A stretch of 63,286 nt of DNA, counting the filler, from Globobulimina sp. (Eukaryota), in the NCBI GenBank assembly GCA_003354225.1. It is 47 parts of 47 records of this genome, joined end to end, with 100 filler letters (N's around TTAATTAATTAA, not from the genome) between each part and the next. Parts side by side here need not be neighbours in the genome. Positions count along the whole stretch, not along the records: positions 51,255 to 52,502 come from PIVH01020163.1; positions 52,603 to 53,850 come from PIVH01020164.1; positions 53,951 to 55,198 come from PIVH01020165.1; positions 55,299 to 56,546 come from PIVH01020166.1; positions 56,647 to 57,894 come from PIVH01020167.1; positions 57,995 to 59,242 come from PIVH01020168.1; positions 59,343 to 60,590 come from PIVH01020169.1; positions 60,691 to 61,938 come from PIVH01020170.1; 39 more parts are not named here. One strand, written 5' to 3'. The notes under the pieces are model-generated. The model did not search any database. It saw only the letters and a program-made list of their open reading frames with translations, and was not told where the DNA came from. Shown piece by piece: positions 51,255-63,286 of the stretch. Each line of letters starts with the position of its first letter. Positions within the stretch are counted from its first letter, which is position 1. Both the position numbers and the translations under genes were made by a program.

Positions 51255-51320
51255 TGAAGCTTGGGGGTCTTAACCTTCTTGGCAGCAGTGGCCTTCTTGG
51301 CCTTCTTGGCGCGCTTTTTG
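51255..51320 (-). pseudogene. Histone H1-tail-like Lys/Ala fragment
   Basis: KKRAKKAKKATAAKKVKTPK in GC-rich codons at the contig edge. Confidence 0.35.
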
Positions 51321-52602
51321 GAAGGATTGTTTAACGGCAAACTGGGGATGGACGGCCACACGGACGTGGGAGAGATCGCCCCTTGTAGCATAATGTGCCT
51401 TTTTCTGTGTTTTCTTAATTTACGTTTTATTTTATAGCTCGGCCAACAAGTGAGCAATCTTTATGACACCTTTACAACTTTTAGAAAACTAAATTGTCCT
51501 TCATTTCGTACCATTTAAAACAAAATCGAATCGTAAACGGCGACACAGCGAGCGCGCCAAGTTGAAAAAAACGATTTTTTTCCCACTTTTTTGACTTTAT
51601 GCACATATTTTCTGTACTTTTGTCATTATATCAGAAAATGTGTAACAAGATATCAAAAATATAATTAGTTTTCTGTAATATTCCGTTTCAATTGTAAACA
51701 TTGAGCAAATATTTCTAACAAAACAAATGGATTACTTTTATCATGTCAAGCACAGAAATGTGTGTAATAAAGCAAACTTCCACAAAATAACGTATTTTTC
51801 TGCAATATATGTACACTTTTCACATTAAGTAGTATTGCAAAGTTAAAGACATGCTACAAATACTGCTATTTTATCGAAAAATTGGATTAAAATCCTTACA
51901 TTTAAAGATTTATTTTGCTTTTTTAAGTTGTCTGTTCTGATCTATCAAAGCTGTACACGACCAGACGACATGCATAAACTACCCGCCAGTAAGGGGCACT
52001 AGAAAGTATTGATATGCTCTGTCCTTTCAAATACTCAAACCAAATACACTTTATGCATTGATACATGTTGTGGGAGGACATCACTTATTAGGTTTTGGGG
52101 GACTTTTGACAATAAATATATACATAGGCGGACATTGAATACATGCACAATGTCAGTATTCATGTAACAGTATTGGGGTTGGGGAGAGGGGCTTATTTAC
52201 CTTTTAAGTGTATTTACTTTAAAGTATTGATTGTACTATTCACAGTTTATATCTCCATTGGTATATGTAATTCTAATTTACACTCAGAGATAAAAAGAAA
52301 TAAGGAAAGGGATAGATTTGTATATGTGTATTGATAGTATTTGAGGGATCTATTTGAAATCGTCAAGATATCATAAGAGACAATGGACAATGTATATAAA
52401 CATGTTAACGACAATATTTAAATACACATGTAAGATATTCATGACAACGTTGATGGTCAACTCTGTTCGGGAGGATTTGGTGTGTCCTGAAAAGGACCTG
52501 TTNNNNNNNNNNNNNNNNNNNNNNNNNNNNNNNNNNNNNNNNNNNNTTAATTAATTAANNNNNNNNNNNNNNNNNNNNNNNNNNNNNNNNNNNNNNNNNN
52601 NN

Positions 52603-53850
52603 ATTGGTGGGTTATTTGTGGATAAATGTGCAAAGTTATTGGCAAATTCTTGATTTTGGTCTTTTTTAATTGACGCCAGTAATTCCTTATCAATATATGG
52701 GTTTGTTATGATTGGTGTACTCGATTTTGTGGGTTTGGTTGGTGTATCACTCGATTTTTTGTTTGGTTGCAAAATAATGGTCTTTTTCTCATCAAATTCT
52801 AACGTTTGCGGCGGCGCAGAGTCAAAATCTTCATCCACCAATCCGAGATTTAATAATTGTGTTTCCGAGGGGTCTGCGGGTAATAATACATCGGTTCTCA
52901 TCGTTGCGGAGTTATTGTTATTGGCGGGATTTGGGTTGGTATTTTGTTGGGAAATATCACTTTGTTTGTTTCTTTTATTATTTTTTTGCACAGAAACTCT
53001 CTGGTTTATTTTCTTCATTTTGGCTCTCTGCGTTTAATATTGTTTGGTTATTCGAATCAATAACTTTATATAACTCCGATATTTCCAACGATCTCGTGAT
53101 ATGGCAATGGACCAATTTATAATGGTCAATATTCGATAAATTAATATTACTCCAATTCATGATAATATTATGCAAATTTTCAAACAATTTCACCAAATTA
53201 AACGAATCTGAACAAATAAAAATATTTAAAGTCCGAATGTGGCGCGATTTATGGCAGCATACACACGATGGCTCATCGCATTTACATCCATTAATAACAT
53301 GTCCCCAATGGCCGCATTTAATACATTTGAGTGACATAATTTTATTAATTTCAATCTCCGCCTGTTTCTGCGTAATTTTCCCTTTTTTGCATCTTTGTTT
53401 AATTGCATTAATTCTCTTTTTAATATATCTGGCTTGTTCAGGGCATGCGGAGTGAGTCACAAATTTCTTTCCGCAAACACAGGTTGGTGCAGTTGCAACA
53501 AATTCAGAATACATATTAGTCCGCAACAACAACACATATTTGCAAATCGCGCCACATCGGAATTTCATTGAGGGGATATTCAATGTGTCATCACCCACAA
53601 TTAATTTTGGATTAATACCAGTCACTGTCACCGGTGTAACAAAAACGAAATTCTCATCGTACATTAAATCGGATTTGAAAGGTTTGCCGATGCTCTGTAT
53701 GCAGTCATCCGCCACTACGAAATCAATCATTCTTTTCCAGCTATCCTCTTTTATCCATAATGGCGGTTCTAACTCGCATCCCGTTTCATTACTCATTTGG
53801 AACAACGTATTTCTGCACCAACGTCTGTTCTTAATTATATTTGTAATGAT
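52603..53850 (-). mobile_element. Gag-like/LINE ORF1-like protein with zinc knuckles (frameshifted)
   Basis: CVCGKKFVTHSAC and CIKCGHWGHVINGCKCDEPSCVCCHKSRH, followed by a disordered tail in another frame. Confidence 0.55.
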
Positions 53851-53950
53851 NNNNNNNNNNNNNNNNNNNNNNNNNNNNNNNNNNNNNNNNNNNNTTAATT
53901 AATTAANNNNNNNNNNNNNNNNNNNNNNNNNNNNNNNNNNNNNNNNNNNN

Positions 53951-54757
53951 GAATATTTGATCGATGTCAGACTGCAATAACAATGCATCTCTAATTTGTA
54001 ATACTTTTAATTTGCAGCAATGTGATATAGCAGTCCATAAAGAAGATGCTAGATTTGTATAACCCAAATGAATTGATAATATTTCGAGTTTTTCTTTGTT
54101 ACATTCAATTAATTGGCTGCATGCGTGAATATCTCTGATTTTTATTTGCAAACATTTTAAAAATTTACAATGTTTATTGATTTGCTGCAATTCTTTTCCG
54201 CATAGTAAATGTCCATTAATCCGTAAATCTCGAATGTTTGTGAATAAATTGAAGAACATGAAAGAGTGTGGCATGTAATCGTTTATAATCAAAGAAACCA
54301 TTGATTTAAAATTCTGTTGTTTGTTGCCTTGTTTTTCCGCAATTTGAGATAACATAATGATTGCTTGGGTGCAGTGTTGTAAATTTATCGATGATAGTTG
54401 CGATATGTGGTCCATAATGAATCTGTTTATAATTTTTTTCTCTTCCAACATATTTTCATCACTGGTGCCTGAAATTAATGCCTATAAATTTGGAAATAAT
54501 ATTGTTATGTTTTTGATTGGGAGAATATATGAAATTAACATAACTGTAGAAAGTCTATTTAATTTAATATTATGCGCGTTGAGGTATCGAATGCAAAAAC
54601 AATCATCGGCATTGCAGTATATTAATATATTTGTAATGCGTTGCAATGCTTTGATAGTTTCTCTTTTAAATTCTAAATTGATATTCATACTGCAAAATAT
54701 CAAATCTCTCCATTCCAGAAAAGATAAAATGTGCCCAATTTCGTCGTTTGAAAGCAT
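53951..54757 (-). CDS. F-box/LRR protein with one in-frame TAG at 54484-54482
   Basis: LSNDEIGHILSFL F-box; LRR-like CKFLKCLQI and CCKLKVLQI; both ORFs in the same frame, 30 nt apart. Confidence 0.7.
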
Positions 54758-55326
54758 TCTATTTTTTTTAATTTGGACTAGCTAAGGTTCTTTTCAAACA
54801 GGATTGATTGTTAATTAATTGGCATAATAGTGATGAATTTAGAAACTAATAATAGTTTAAATTATAATTATGACGACAGCTGCAGCAATAAGATATTGAG
54901 TATAAAAACCTCGACCGTTGCACTCGATGCGGACTGTTAGTGACTCGATGTAGACTCGGTAGAAAAAAAGATTTAGTGATGAAACAATCCAAATTGAAAA
55001 TAAGATTTATGTCCCTTTACAAAAAGTTCACTTAATCAGAGTGAGATAATGGGATGTTGGATTTCTGGGCTTTACAATAATCAATCTAAGGACATGACTT
55101 GAAATGAGTAGGAAAAAAAAGAAAACAGGTTTAAAGCAAAACCAACTACAAAATGACAGGATAGGCATAGTCGATTTTAACATTTCGTTTGATCCTTTNN
55201 NNNNNNNNNNNNNNNNNNNNNNNNNNNNNNNNNNNNNNNNNNTTAATTAATTAANNNNNNNNNNNNNNNNNNNNNNNNNNNNNNNNNNNNNNNNNNNNTT
55301 GAAGCAAAGCACAAACCTTCAATATA

Positions 55327-55378
55327 ATCACAAGCAAATCACAAGCAAATCACAAGCAAATCACAAGCAAATCACAAG
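55327..55378. repeat. 11-bp tandem repeat
   Basis: ATCACAAGCAA about five times. Confidence 0.92.
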
Positions 55379-55393
55379 CAGATCACAAGCAAA

Positions 55394-55900
55394 TCACAAA
55401 TGTACATATTTGAAGCAAATCATAAAATGTATTATACACCACAAACCTTCAATATATGTAATAACGAACAATGGTTTCGTTTCCTTTATTTTTGTAATAT
55501 CGATATAATAATCACTTAATGTTTGATTATCTTCTAATATTTTCTTTGAATTCTTATTAATTTCAAAAAACAATGTCTCGCATTTTCCGGCTTTTCCCCT
55601 ACAGTTTTTTTGCCATTGTTCATATTGATAAAGTCCCTTAATTTTACGTTTTATATCTGTGCCTTTTGCGTTTTTCTTAACTGATATTTCAATGGGTTTG
55701 CTATCCACAGTATCAATTAACCGCACATAAATTGGCACATAAATTTCAAATAAATCACTTTTTTCGTCATTAACATTATGAATATTATCATCCTCATCCT
55801 CAATATCAACATATTCCTCTTCATTATTCGCCACATTTGGATTTATATTCTCATCGTTTATATTTGGTATATAATCCTCTTCAATTTCGACCACTTCCAT
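55394..55900 (-). CDS. Protein with acidic N-terminus and a ubiquitin-like domain
   Basis: IEISVKKNAKGTDIKRKI...KILEDNQTLSDYYI. Confidence 0.65.
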   Translation of the reverse strand: MEVVEIEEDYIPNINDENINPNVANNEEEYVDIEDEDDNIHNVNDEKSDLFEIYVPIYVRLIDTVDSKPIEISVKKNAKGTDIKRKIKGLYQYEQWQKNCRGKAGKCETLFFEINKNSKKILEDNQTLSDYYIDITKIKETKPLFVITYIEGLWCIIHFMICFKYVHL

Positions 55901-56279
55901 TTTAATCTCTATATTTTGTTCTTTATTCGCCGCTAGAAACGGATAGATTTTTTTTTTGAATGAAATTTGCTATAAAATTAGCTACAGTTGTGCTATAAAA
56001 GTATTTACCTGGTTGAGCTACAGTTGTGTCAATTGCAGTATTCTCCGATGCAACAAGTTCACGTTGTACTTGTTGGTGCGTTTCTGCAGTTGACATGATT
56101 TTTGAGACAAAAAAGTTTTCTTAATTTCGATCACTGCAAAAATATTAATTAATAAACCCGATAAATCCAATAAAAAGAATAGGACAATTAAATTGCTGTT
56201 TGTTTTTGGGAATGAGATTAAAATGAGATTAATTAAAATGAGGTCGTTTTTTTTTAAGCTGTTTTCAAACTAACCAAAA

Positions 56280-56546
56280 ATGAACCATACTGACAGGAAA
56301 GGACGGTCCCAATTATTAGTAAGTGGATATGTTAGAAGATATAGGACTCGATATATCCATACAGATATTATTAGTGTCATTCATGCATTCCATTATATAA
56401 TATATAAAATATTGGAATTATATTCTATTGGTAGAAACAGTGATGGACAACAAGGAAATGGAAGGAATAGAAATATTAAAAAAATAACAAAAATAAAAAC
56501 ATTTAAAAAAGAAATAAAAAATATTGTTACTTGCGGTGATTCTGGT
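56280..56546 (+). CDS. RCC1-repeat protein, N-terminal part
   Basis: LYSIGRNSDGQQGNG...IKNIVTCG. Confidence 0.7.
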
Positions 56547-56676
56547 NNNNNNNNNNNNNNNNNNNNNNNNNNNNNNNNNNNNNNNNNNNNTTAATTAATT
56601 AANNNNNNNNNNNNNNNNNNNNNNNNNNNNNNNNNNNNNNNNNNNNGTGACAGTATATGTATGATATGATATATAG

Positions 56677-57652
56677 CCTCGATCTTATGCTTGGCGGTGA
56701 TTTAAAATATCATTTGAATGTGCAGGAGAAGTTCAGTGAGGCACGGACTCGTTTCCATGCAGCGCAAGTGTTATTAGGATTGGAGCATATCCATAGCAAA
56801 GGCATCGTGTATCGGGACTTGAAGTTAGAGAATGTGTTAGTTGATGAGAATGGACATGTTAAGATCTCTGACTTGGGCTTGGCAGTGTTGTTGGGGGAAA
56901 GTGGCAAAGTGCGAGGATATGCGGGTACGCCCGGCTATACTGCGCCTGAGGTGGTGTTGGGCTTTCAATACAACCACATCGCTGATTTCTTCTCATTGGG
57001 CGTCATGATTTATCGATGTTTATGCGGTAAGAAACCATTCCTACGCAAATCGAGGAAGAGAGGCGACAAAAAGAAACAGCATCGGAAATCTAGTGCATTG
57101 GATAGAAATGTGATTGAAATGGAGCCTGAATTCAGTCCGCATTATTTTTCGCCAAAGGCGCGATCCATTTTAAAAGGGCTAATGGCGAAGAACCCAGTGA
57201 CCCGACTTGGTTATGCTGATATTATTCTTATTAAAGAACATCCGTGGTTTGATGAGATTGATTTTGGTTTATTGGAAGCTGGGTATATCAAACCACCATT
57301 TGATGGACCAAAGGTATGTTATCTCCTTTCAGTTGTTTGTGTTGTACGCATATTCGCATATTTTGTGTAGTTGGACCAAGTTCATTCTCCAATCCAATCC
57401 AATGATGGCGCGCCACCGCAGGATAAACAATATATAAATATTAAAATAACGCCAGAATTTGAAGATAAGTTAAAAGATTTTGAATATATTTCGAAGGAAA
57501 CATTGCAAGAAGAACTAGTTGAAGTGTTAAGAAGAGCGGATGCCGAAAAAATGCGAAATAATCTGAGGCATAATCATGATCCAAATAATCCATCCGATCC
57601 ATATCAAATTCGTGATCGTCCAAATAGATGTCTTGGATGTCAAATAATGTAA
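56677..57652 (+). CDS. GRK: G-protein-coupled receptor kinase (GRK)-like AGC kinase; intron 57314-57370; C-terminal CaaX
   Basis: LDLMLGGDLKYHL, YRDLKLEN, GRK-diagnostic ISDLGLA, AGTPGYTAPE; 57-nt GTATGT..TGTAG intron joins the two ORFs; ends CQIM*. Confidence 0.88.
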
Positions 57653-57994
57653 GATTTATATTTTTGTAATGCGTTTAATTACTTTTACTTTGTTCTGTTT
57701 GTCGGTTTATTTGTTTATGGACTTGGTCGAATTGGCGATGTTCATTATTTGATCAATGTGTCGATGCTTGTTGTTCTTTTAGCTCTTATTCTCATTTTTT
57801 GGGGATATCTTTGGTTTTCCTGCCTTCTTTTTCCAATCTTGTATTTGATCTTCATGATTCCTTTTCCCTATTTTATTTACAATGAAATAAATGTNNNNNN
57901 NNNNNNNNNNNNNNNNNNNNNNNNNNNNNNNNNNNNNNTTAATTAATTAANNNNNNNNNNNNNNNNNNNNNNNNNNNNNNNNNNNNNNNNNNNN

Positions 57995-59060
57995 AAACAT
58001 ACTTCGGTGTTCACTAATAATGGTTTCTAATACAGAATGTGTATTATCACCATGCGTATCAATCTCTATTATTGGATATGCATAAAACGACACATTGCCC
58101 CACTCCCAGCCAATTATCTTCATCTTTTCCAACATGTGGTCAAATATCTCTTTCTTGCCTAATTCTACAGCATACTGCAAGACACTGAAGCCACTGTCGT
58201 TCTTGATCGCATTTAAGGATGACATGTCAAAACTTTTACTACACTTTTTTTTCAAAAAAATATACACATTACACACAAATTATGATGCATCATCAAAACA
58301 AAACACATAACTTTTCTATATTTGCTAGAAATAGCAATGTGTCAAATATCTCTGGAGAGTTCATGCGAACACAATGATGGAATACGGAATTTCCAAAAGC
58401 ATCGGTTACATTTAAATTTGCACCGTGCTCATGTAGCAGTTCGATCATATCCGATTGGAATGTAGATATTGCAAAAGTTATTGCATGCTCGCCGTAATAA
58501 ACTGTACCTTGGTCTTTATCGAAAAATCTGCCAACAGCCCTACCCGTATTTGGATTTGCTCCATGTTCTAATAAATATTCTGTTAATTCATAATCTCTGT
58601 TAATAACTGTGATATGCAGCGCATTCTCGCCGTAATATTCTTCGCTGGAATAAAACTGGTTAATTAATATGGGATACGTTGCAATTAAATATTTCACAAT
58701 TTCCGGTTGTTTGTATAATGCCGCAACATGCAATATGGTCTCACCAAAGGTGCCTCTTTCTTTGACCACATCAAATTCTGTAGTATTTTGTGTAAATTCA
58801 ACTTCTATTTTGTGTTTTAATTGCGATAATAAACCTTCTTTGCACATTTTCCATATTGATCCTTCCTGCGACAAATGGTGCAGTTGAGCTATTCCAGCAT
58901 CATTTAATTGTTCAATATTTTCGTTTTTAAAATCTGGGACTTCGGAATTGAATTTTACCGATAATCTCTCTGCCATCTCAAAAATTGATGGCCGAGGTTG
59001 CTCCATTTCGGGTACAATCACATTTTGTGAAAATATGCTGTGTTTGTGTGATTCTGACAT
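57995..59060 (-). CDS. TRPV-like ankyrin-repeat cation channel, N-terminal part; intron 58311-58239
   Basis: GETILHVA, EEYYGENALHI, RAVGRFF..YYGE, DAFGNSVFH, WEWGNV..YPIIEIDT..SVLE; 73-nt GT..AG intron restores the frame. Confidence 0.88.
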
Positions 59061-60275
59061 GTTAATTAAGTAGTAACTAGTAAGTCGATGTGAGAAAATG
59101 TTTTTTTCTGATGTTTTAACTCAACTTTCTACTTTAATACAATGACTTGTCATCAACACACCAATGCAAGCCATTGAGGTGGTGGAGTACTTAATTCACG
59201 TCAGCAATCATATAATTTAAATTATAATTCAATATACATGATNNNNNNNNNNNNNNNNNNNNNNNNNNNNNNNNNNNNNNNNNNNNTTAATTAATTAANN
59301 NNNNNNNNNNNNNNNNNNNNNNNNNNNNNNNNNNNNNNNNNNGCCATACAATTCCTGCTTTACGCCCTGAAAGTGGCGGCACCCTAACCGAAGGCGCTAT
59401 AAAAGGAAACGAAAAAGGCGACCGCAACCCACGCAAATCCACATCATCTGCAAAACAACCTTCAAGCAGGATTCTCTGCCCGTTCTCCGTCACCACGGCA
59501 GCAGCCGACGGCATCGGATAACGATGACCATCCGCTTCGGTGGCCTCTCGCCGCTTAAGTAAAACGAATCACTTCTAGTGCACTAAAACTGGCCAATGCT
59601 GTCTTTACATCAACTTATGCACGGATATCCAATCGGCAAATTCATATTAATCTGCTAGCTTCAGAGCAGATCAATTGGAACGAAAATTAACATGCCACAT
59701 CAATTCAAGAGAATTGGCCCCATACTTTGGTAAACGCTAGATAAAGCCTGCAATACGCCTTTAAATATCGCTACGTGCAATTCATCGTCGATAAATACAC
59801 CTTTAAATAGTATTCAAAATATTAGAATATCTATAATTTTCATAAGCCGCTGAAAAACCGATGTTTTTCAATTTAGCGGGATAATGTCGATAACCCAAAT
59901 TTGACTATTTTAAGGATATTTCCACAACCATTAGATGATTTCAGTAATTGGTCCTGTTTAGTAAGTTGAGAGGGTGCCAACAATTTTTGATTGCAGAACT
60001 TTCAAAACAGTGCAATTTTGGAGGAAATTCGCTAATCTAATCGATGTTTTATGGTGCAACAGTCAATAATGGGAGAAATAGCGAAAATTTACCATGAGGT
60101 CCACACGTTTGACCTAAAAGTGTTTTTTGCTGATAGATAATGAACGGTTGTGGTACAATTTAATAAACACTAGGAGTTATTTGAATTTACAGTACAAATT
60201 CAAAAAATTTTGACAACTAAGCCCAATTTGCACACATAAACTCATTTAAACAAATACATATCAAGGAGTTAGCCA

Positions 60276-60590
60276 TTGCCAAAGTCTATCCACGAAATAG
60301 ATCGAGTTGTTGGAAAAAAACTTCGGCTAGCGAGATTGGCTGCCGGTGTTTCACAAACACAACTTGCCGAAGTATTAGATGTCACTTTTCAACAAGTGCA
60401 AAAATACGAAAAAGGCACCAATAGATTGAGTTCTTCAAAGCTGTATGCCTGTTCACGTTATCTCAACGTTGATATTGGCTATTTCTTTGCTGATATTGAA
60501 GAATCAACCGCCGCCGAAATTCAACAGGGCAGTTCCAATGGCGCCCAGGATTTTTCAAAACCCGATTTCCAGGTTATCCGTTCCCTCAGC
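60276..60590 (+). CDS. XRE-family HTH transcriptional regulator (alphaproteobacterial type, 3' truncated)
   Basis: IDRVVGKKLR..R...GVSQTQLA..L.VTFQQVQKYEKGTNR; AAGGAG SD before the TTG start. Confidence 0.92.
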
Positions 60591-60690
60591 NNNNNNNNNN
60601 NNNNNNNNNNNNNNNNNNNNNNNNNNNNNNNNNNTTAATTAATTAANNNNNNNNNNNNNNNNNNNNNNNNNNNNNNNNNNNNNNNNNNNN

Positions 60691-61816
60691 TAATGGTATG
60701 TTGGCTGTGGATGAGTTTGAAGCGCTTAAACAGCAAATATTGGCGCAACAAAATACATCAACTACAAATTATACCAAGTTTGATACCAATAACGATGGTA
60801 AATTATCAGCTGAAGAATTAGCAAATGCTTCCAATATCACCGTACGAAAAGCAACCAGTATTATAAAAGTGTATGATGCGAATACTAATGGTATGTTGGA
60901 TGTAAATGAGTTTGCCGCGCTGAAACAACAAATATTAGCGCAACTAACAAGTTCGGGCACAGCAATTACAAAGATGCCAACAATACCTCCAACAACAATG
61001 AATCAAACAAGAATGAATGAAACAGCATTGAATCAAACAGCGAACAGCACTGAAGCAAACAGCAAAGAATTAAACAGCATTGATACCAATAATGATGGTA
61101 TATTATCAGACGCAGAATTTGCAAACGCATACAATATCAGCGTACAAAAAGCAGCCAATATTAGAAGGCAAGACAAGGAGAATTATTTGCAGTTTGATAG
61201 CAATAATGATGGTATAGTATCAGCCGTAGACTTTGCAAATGCTTCCAATATCACCGTACAAGAAGCAACCAATATTTTCAAACGATATGATGCAAATACT
61301 GATGGTATCATGGATGTAAATGAGTTTGCAGCGCTGAATCAAACAACAATGAATCAAACAACAATGAATCCAACAACAATGAATCCGACAACAATGAATA
61401 AGACAACAATGAATCCAACATCAATGAATCAAACAACAATGAATCAGACAACAATGCATCCAACGCAGGTTCCGACCCAATTTCCAACCAGTATACCAAT
61501 ACAGGATCGAACACGTGAACCTTACACGAATATACCGAGTATGTCAGTAAAGAATGGAGTGATATCTCCCACTGAAAGACAAACAGTGCTATTAACATCC
61601 AATAGTTCTGTCGATGATAAAGATTCTACGTTGGTTGTTGCAGGGCTGATATGTGTTAGTTTGGTGTTAATTTGTGCAGTGGCTGCAGTTTCATTCATTT
61701 TGTGTGGGAGCTATGATATGAATAATGAGGTACCAGCGGTACCCGACGAGTATGAGGATACCAAATTCGATAATGAAGAAATAATGAATCTGGTTCAAGA
61801 CCTAGAATTCAATTAG
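60691..61816 (+). CDS. Multi-EF-hand single-pass membrane protein with a TTMN(Q/P) stalk (5' partial)
   Basis: DTNNDGKLSAEE, DANTNGMLDVNE, DTNNDGILSDAE, DSNNDGIVSAVD, DANTDGIMDVNE; 15-bp repeats; C-terminal TM helix and acidic tail. Confidence 0.85.
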
Positions 61817-62536
61817 TTGCGCTTGTTTGTTTGCTTGATTAAATCTGTAAATTCATGATCATTTTATTACGTAATTAAAATTGGACCCTAGGTTCAGACA
61901 ATAAATAAGTACAGAAACGCACATTAGCTATAGCCAATNNNNNNNNNNNNNNNNNNNNNNNNNNNNNNNNNNNNNNNNNNNNTTAATTAATTAANNNNNN
62001 NNNNNNNNNNNNNNNNNNNNNNNNNNNNNNNNNNNNNNGCAAACAATAATTGTTGTCCCTTAGTCGTTAAAGGACAATAAAAATAAGAATCCTATGTCTA
62101 TGCATTTATTTACTATGCTAATTTTCTGTGCAAGGACAACCCAATAAATCCGCGATCGTTTATCATTTGTTTTGAAAAAAAAACATTGTTAGTCGACCAC
62201 ATCACAAACTAAATAAATGAGAACGTAACTACCCATTCTTATTAAGAGCTGGTGATTATTTTACTGGTTTGTATAATGTAGCTGCCATTAGTTATGCATT
62301 CCTGTCATAATTACAGCGCCAATTTTCGGCGATTCGCATATTTTAAAACACAAAAACATTTATTCTCAATTTCTAATCCATTTGATATAATTTCTGGATT
62401 ATCAACAATGAATAAACAAACAGTATACCTCTTTAATGTATGTTTCCTTTCAACTTTTCCTTTAGTTTACCGTTATTAAACACAGATAATTCCGATTGAA
62501 CTGTTCAAATGGGCCCATCGCAGAAGTATCGTTAAA

Positions 62537-63196
62537 ATGGTTGTATTGGCTCTGAATGCTGCGATTTTTTGCTATAATAAATTATTTCGATGCTCTCATT
62601 TTATAATGAAAACATTTTACATTGCAATATTTTTCTTTGTTCATTCAATCATTCCGTTGGTTGCATTATCTTTTTCTGTTGGAATGACAATGTTTATTTT
62701 AGATCTTTCATTGTTCGAATTATATCAACTTTCATTGGAAACAAAATCGTTATTTCTAGCATTTGGAATGGGATTTTTGATGGTTTATGTTGCCGAAATT
62801 ATAGTTATTATTATGTTTGAAGGACAAACTAATATTAATACATTGGAAGACTATTTAATACAAATCGTTTCTGCAATTTATTCAAACTTTGTTAATTGGA
62901 GTCGGAAGTTTATTATTTCAGTGTATCGTGAAACTGGTTGGAAAGTGTTGGAATTAATGGTTCGACAACAAAAGGAAACAAGTTCTGCATTGAATAGTGC
63001 TGCAATGACACACAATGTGCCAATGGATATCATCCAATTAATTGATACTTTTGTATTTGAGTCGGAATTGGTTCAACTGTCGAATTCAAAAAACAAAATC
63101 CAAAAGAAAAAGGATAAAGATTCAACTCTGGCAAATAAAGCTGTTGCATTGAAACCATTTGATATTTTCAAAATGTATTCATCCACAATGCATTGA
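62537..63196 (+). CDS. Hypothetical membrane protein
   Basis: Two to three hydrophobic helices; VPMDIIQLIDTF motif. Confidence 0.55.
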   Translation: MVVLALNAAIFCYNKLFRCSHFIMKTFYIAIFFFVHSIIPLVALSFSVGMTMFILDLSLFELYQLSLETKSLFLAFGMGFLMVYVAEIIVIIMFEGQTNINTLEDYLIQIVSAIYSNFVNWSRKFIISVYRETGWKVLELMVRQQKETSSALNSAAMTHNVPMDIIQLIDTFVFESELVQLSNSKNKIQKKKDKDSTLANKAVALKPFDIFKMYSSTMH

Positions 63197-63286
63197 TTCG
63201 ATTAAGTTTGCGTTGTACTGTGTTTTTATTTGCTTTTAAACAGAAAAAATCAGTTGTTTCTGTTACAAAAAAGATTTTTGTCGGAG

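Noticed and set aside
24328..54484. Stop-codon reassignment (TAA/TAG as sense) suggested by two in-frame stops
   Set aside because: Conserved genes such as PGK and the GRK end at TAA, and long conserved ORFs contain no internal TAA/TAG
1251..62038. Regularly spaced TTAATTAATTAA palindrome as a CRISPR-like or biological repeat
   Set aside because: Always centred in 44+44 Ns; it is an assembly linker with stops in six frames
555..62820. Many short antisense or alternate-frame ORFs in the track (e.g. 30563-30982, 35023-35430, 61308-61598)
   Set aside because: Shadows of better-supported genes or repeats
1..63286. Cross-contig gene clusters (e.g. GRK + TRPV + EF-hand; terS + recombinase + XRE as a prophage)
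   Set aside because: Neighbours are adjacent only because contigs were sorted by length

Overview
This window is not a contiguous locus. It is 47 unrelated contigs of 1248-1250 bp, sorted by decreasing length and joined by an artificial 100-bp spacer (N44-TTAATTAATTAA-N44, stops in all six frames). Linkage can only be inferred within a contig, and ORFs ending in X...LIN/X...N are truncation artefacts. Most contigs are AT-rich eukaryotic DNA with short GT-AG introns; by recall their style resembles a rhizarian/foraminifer-like protist (inference). Recognisable genes include ISWI, PGK, a class IV sirtuin next to a PARP-like domain, a GRK-type kinase with a CaaX tail, a TRPV-like channel, cactin, pectinacetylesterase/Notum, sulfotransferases, a GT2, three related 7TM proteins and an EF-hand membrane protein. 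Mobile-element fragments include LINE, BEL/Pao, DIRS/Ngaro, a tyrosine-recombinase element, Helitron-like, MULE-like and a MITE-like TIR element. At least two contigs are prokaryotic (phage terminase small subunit; alphaproteobacterial-type XRE regulator). I found no multi-gene novel system, and 1.25-kb fragments could hardly show one. The best unannotated signals are two compact non-canonical tRNA-like elements with compensatory stem changes on separate contigs, a zinc-knuckle plus tyrosine-recombinase element with no RT between them, and hammerhead-like half-motifs beside a 59-bp direct repeat.
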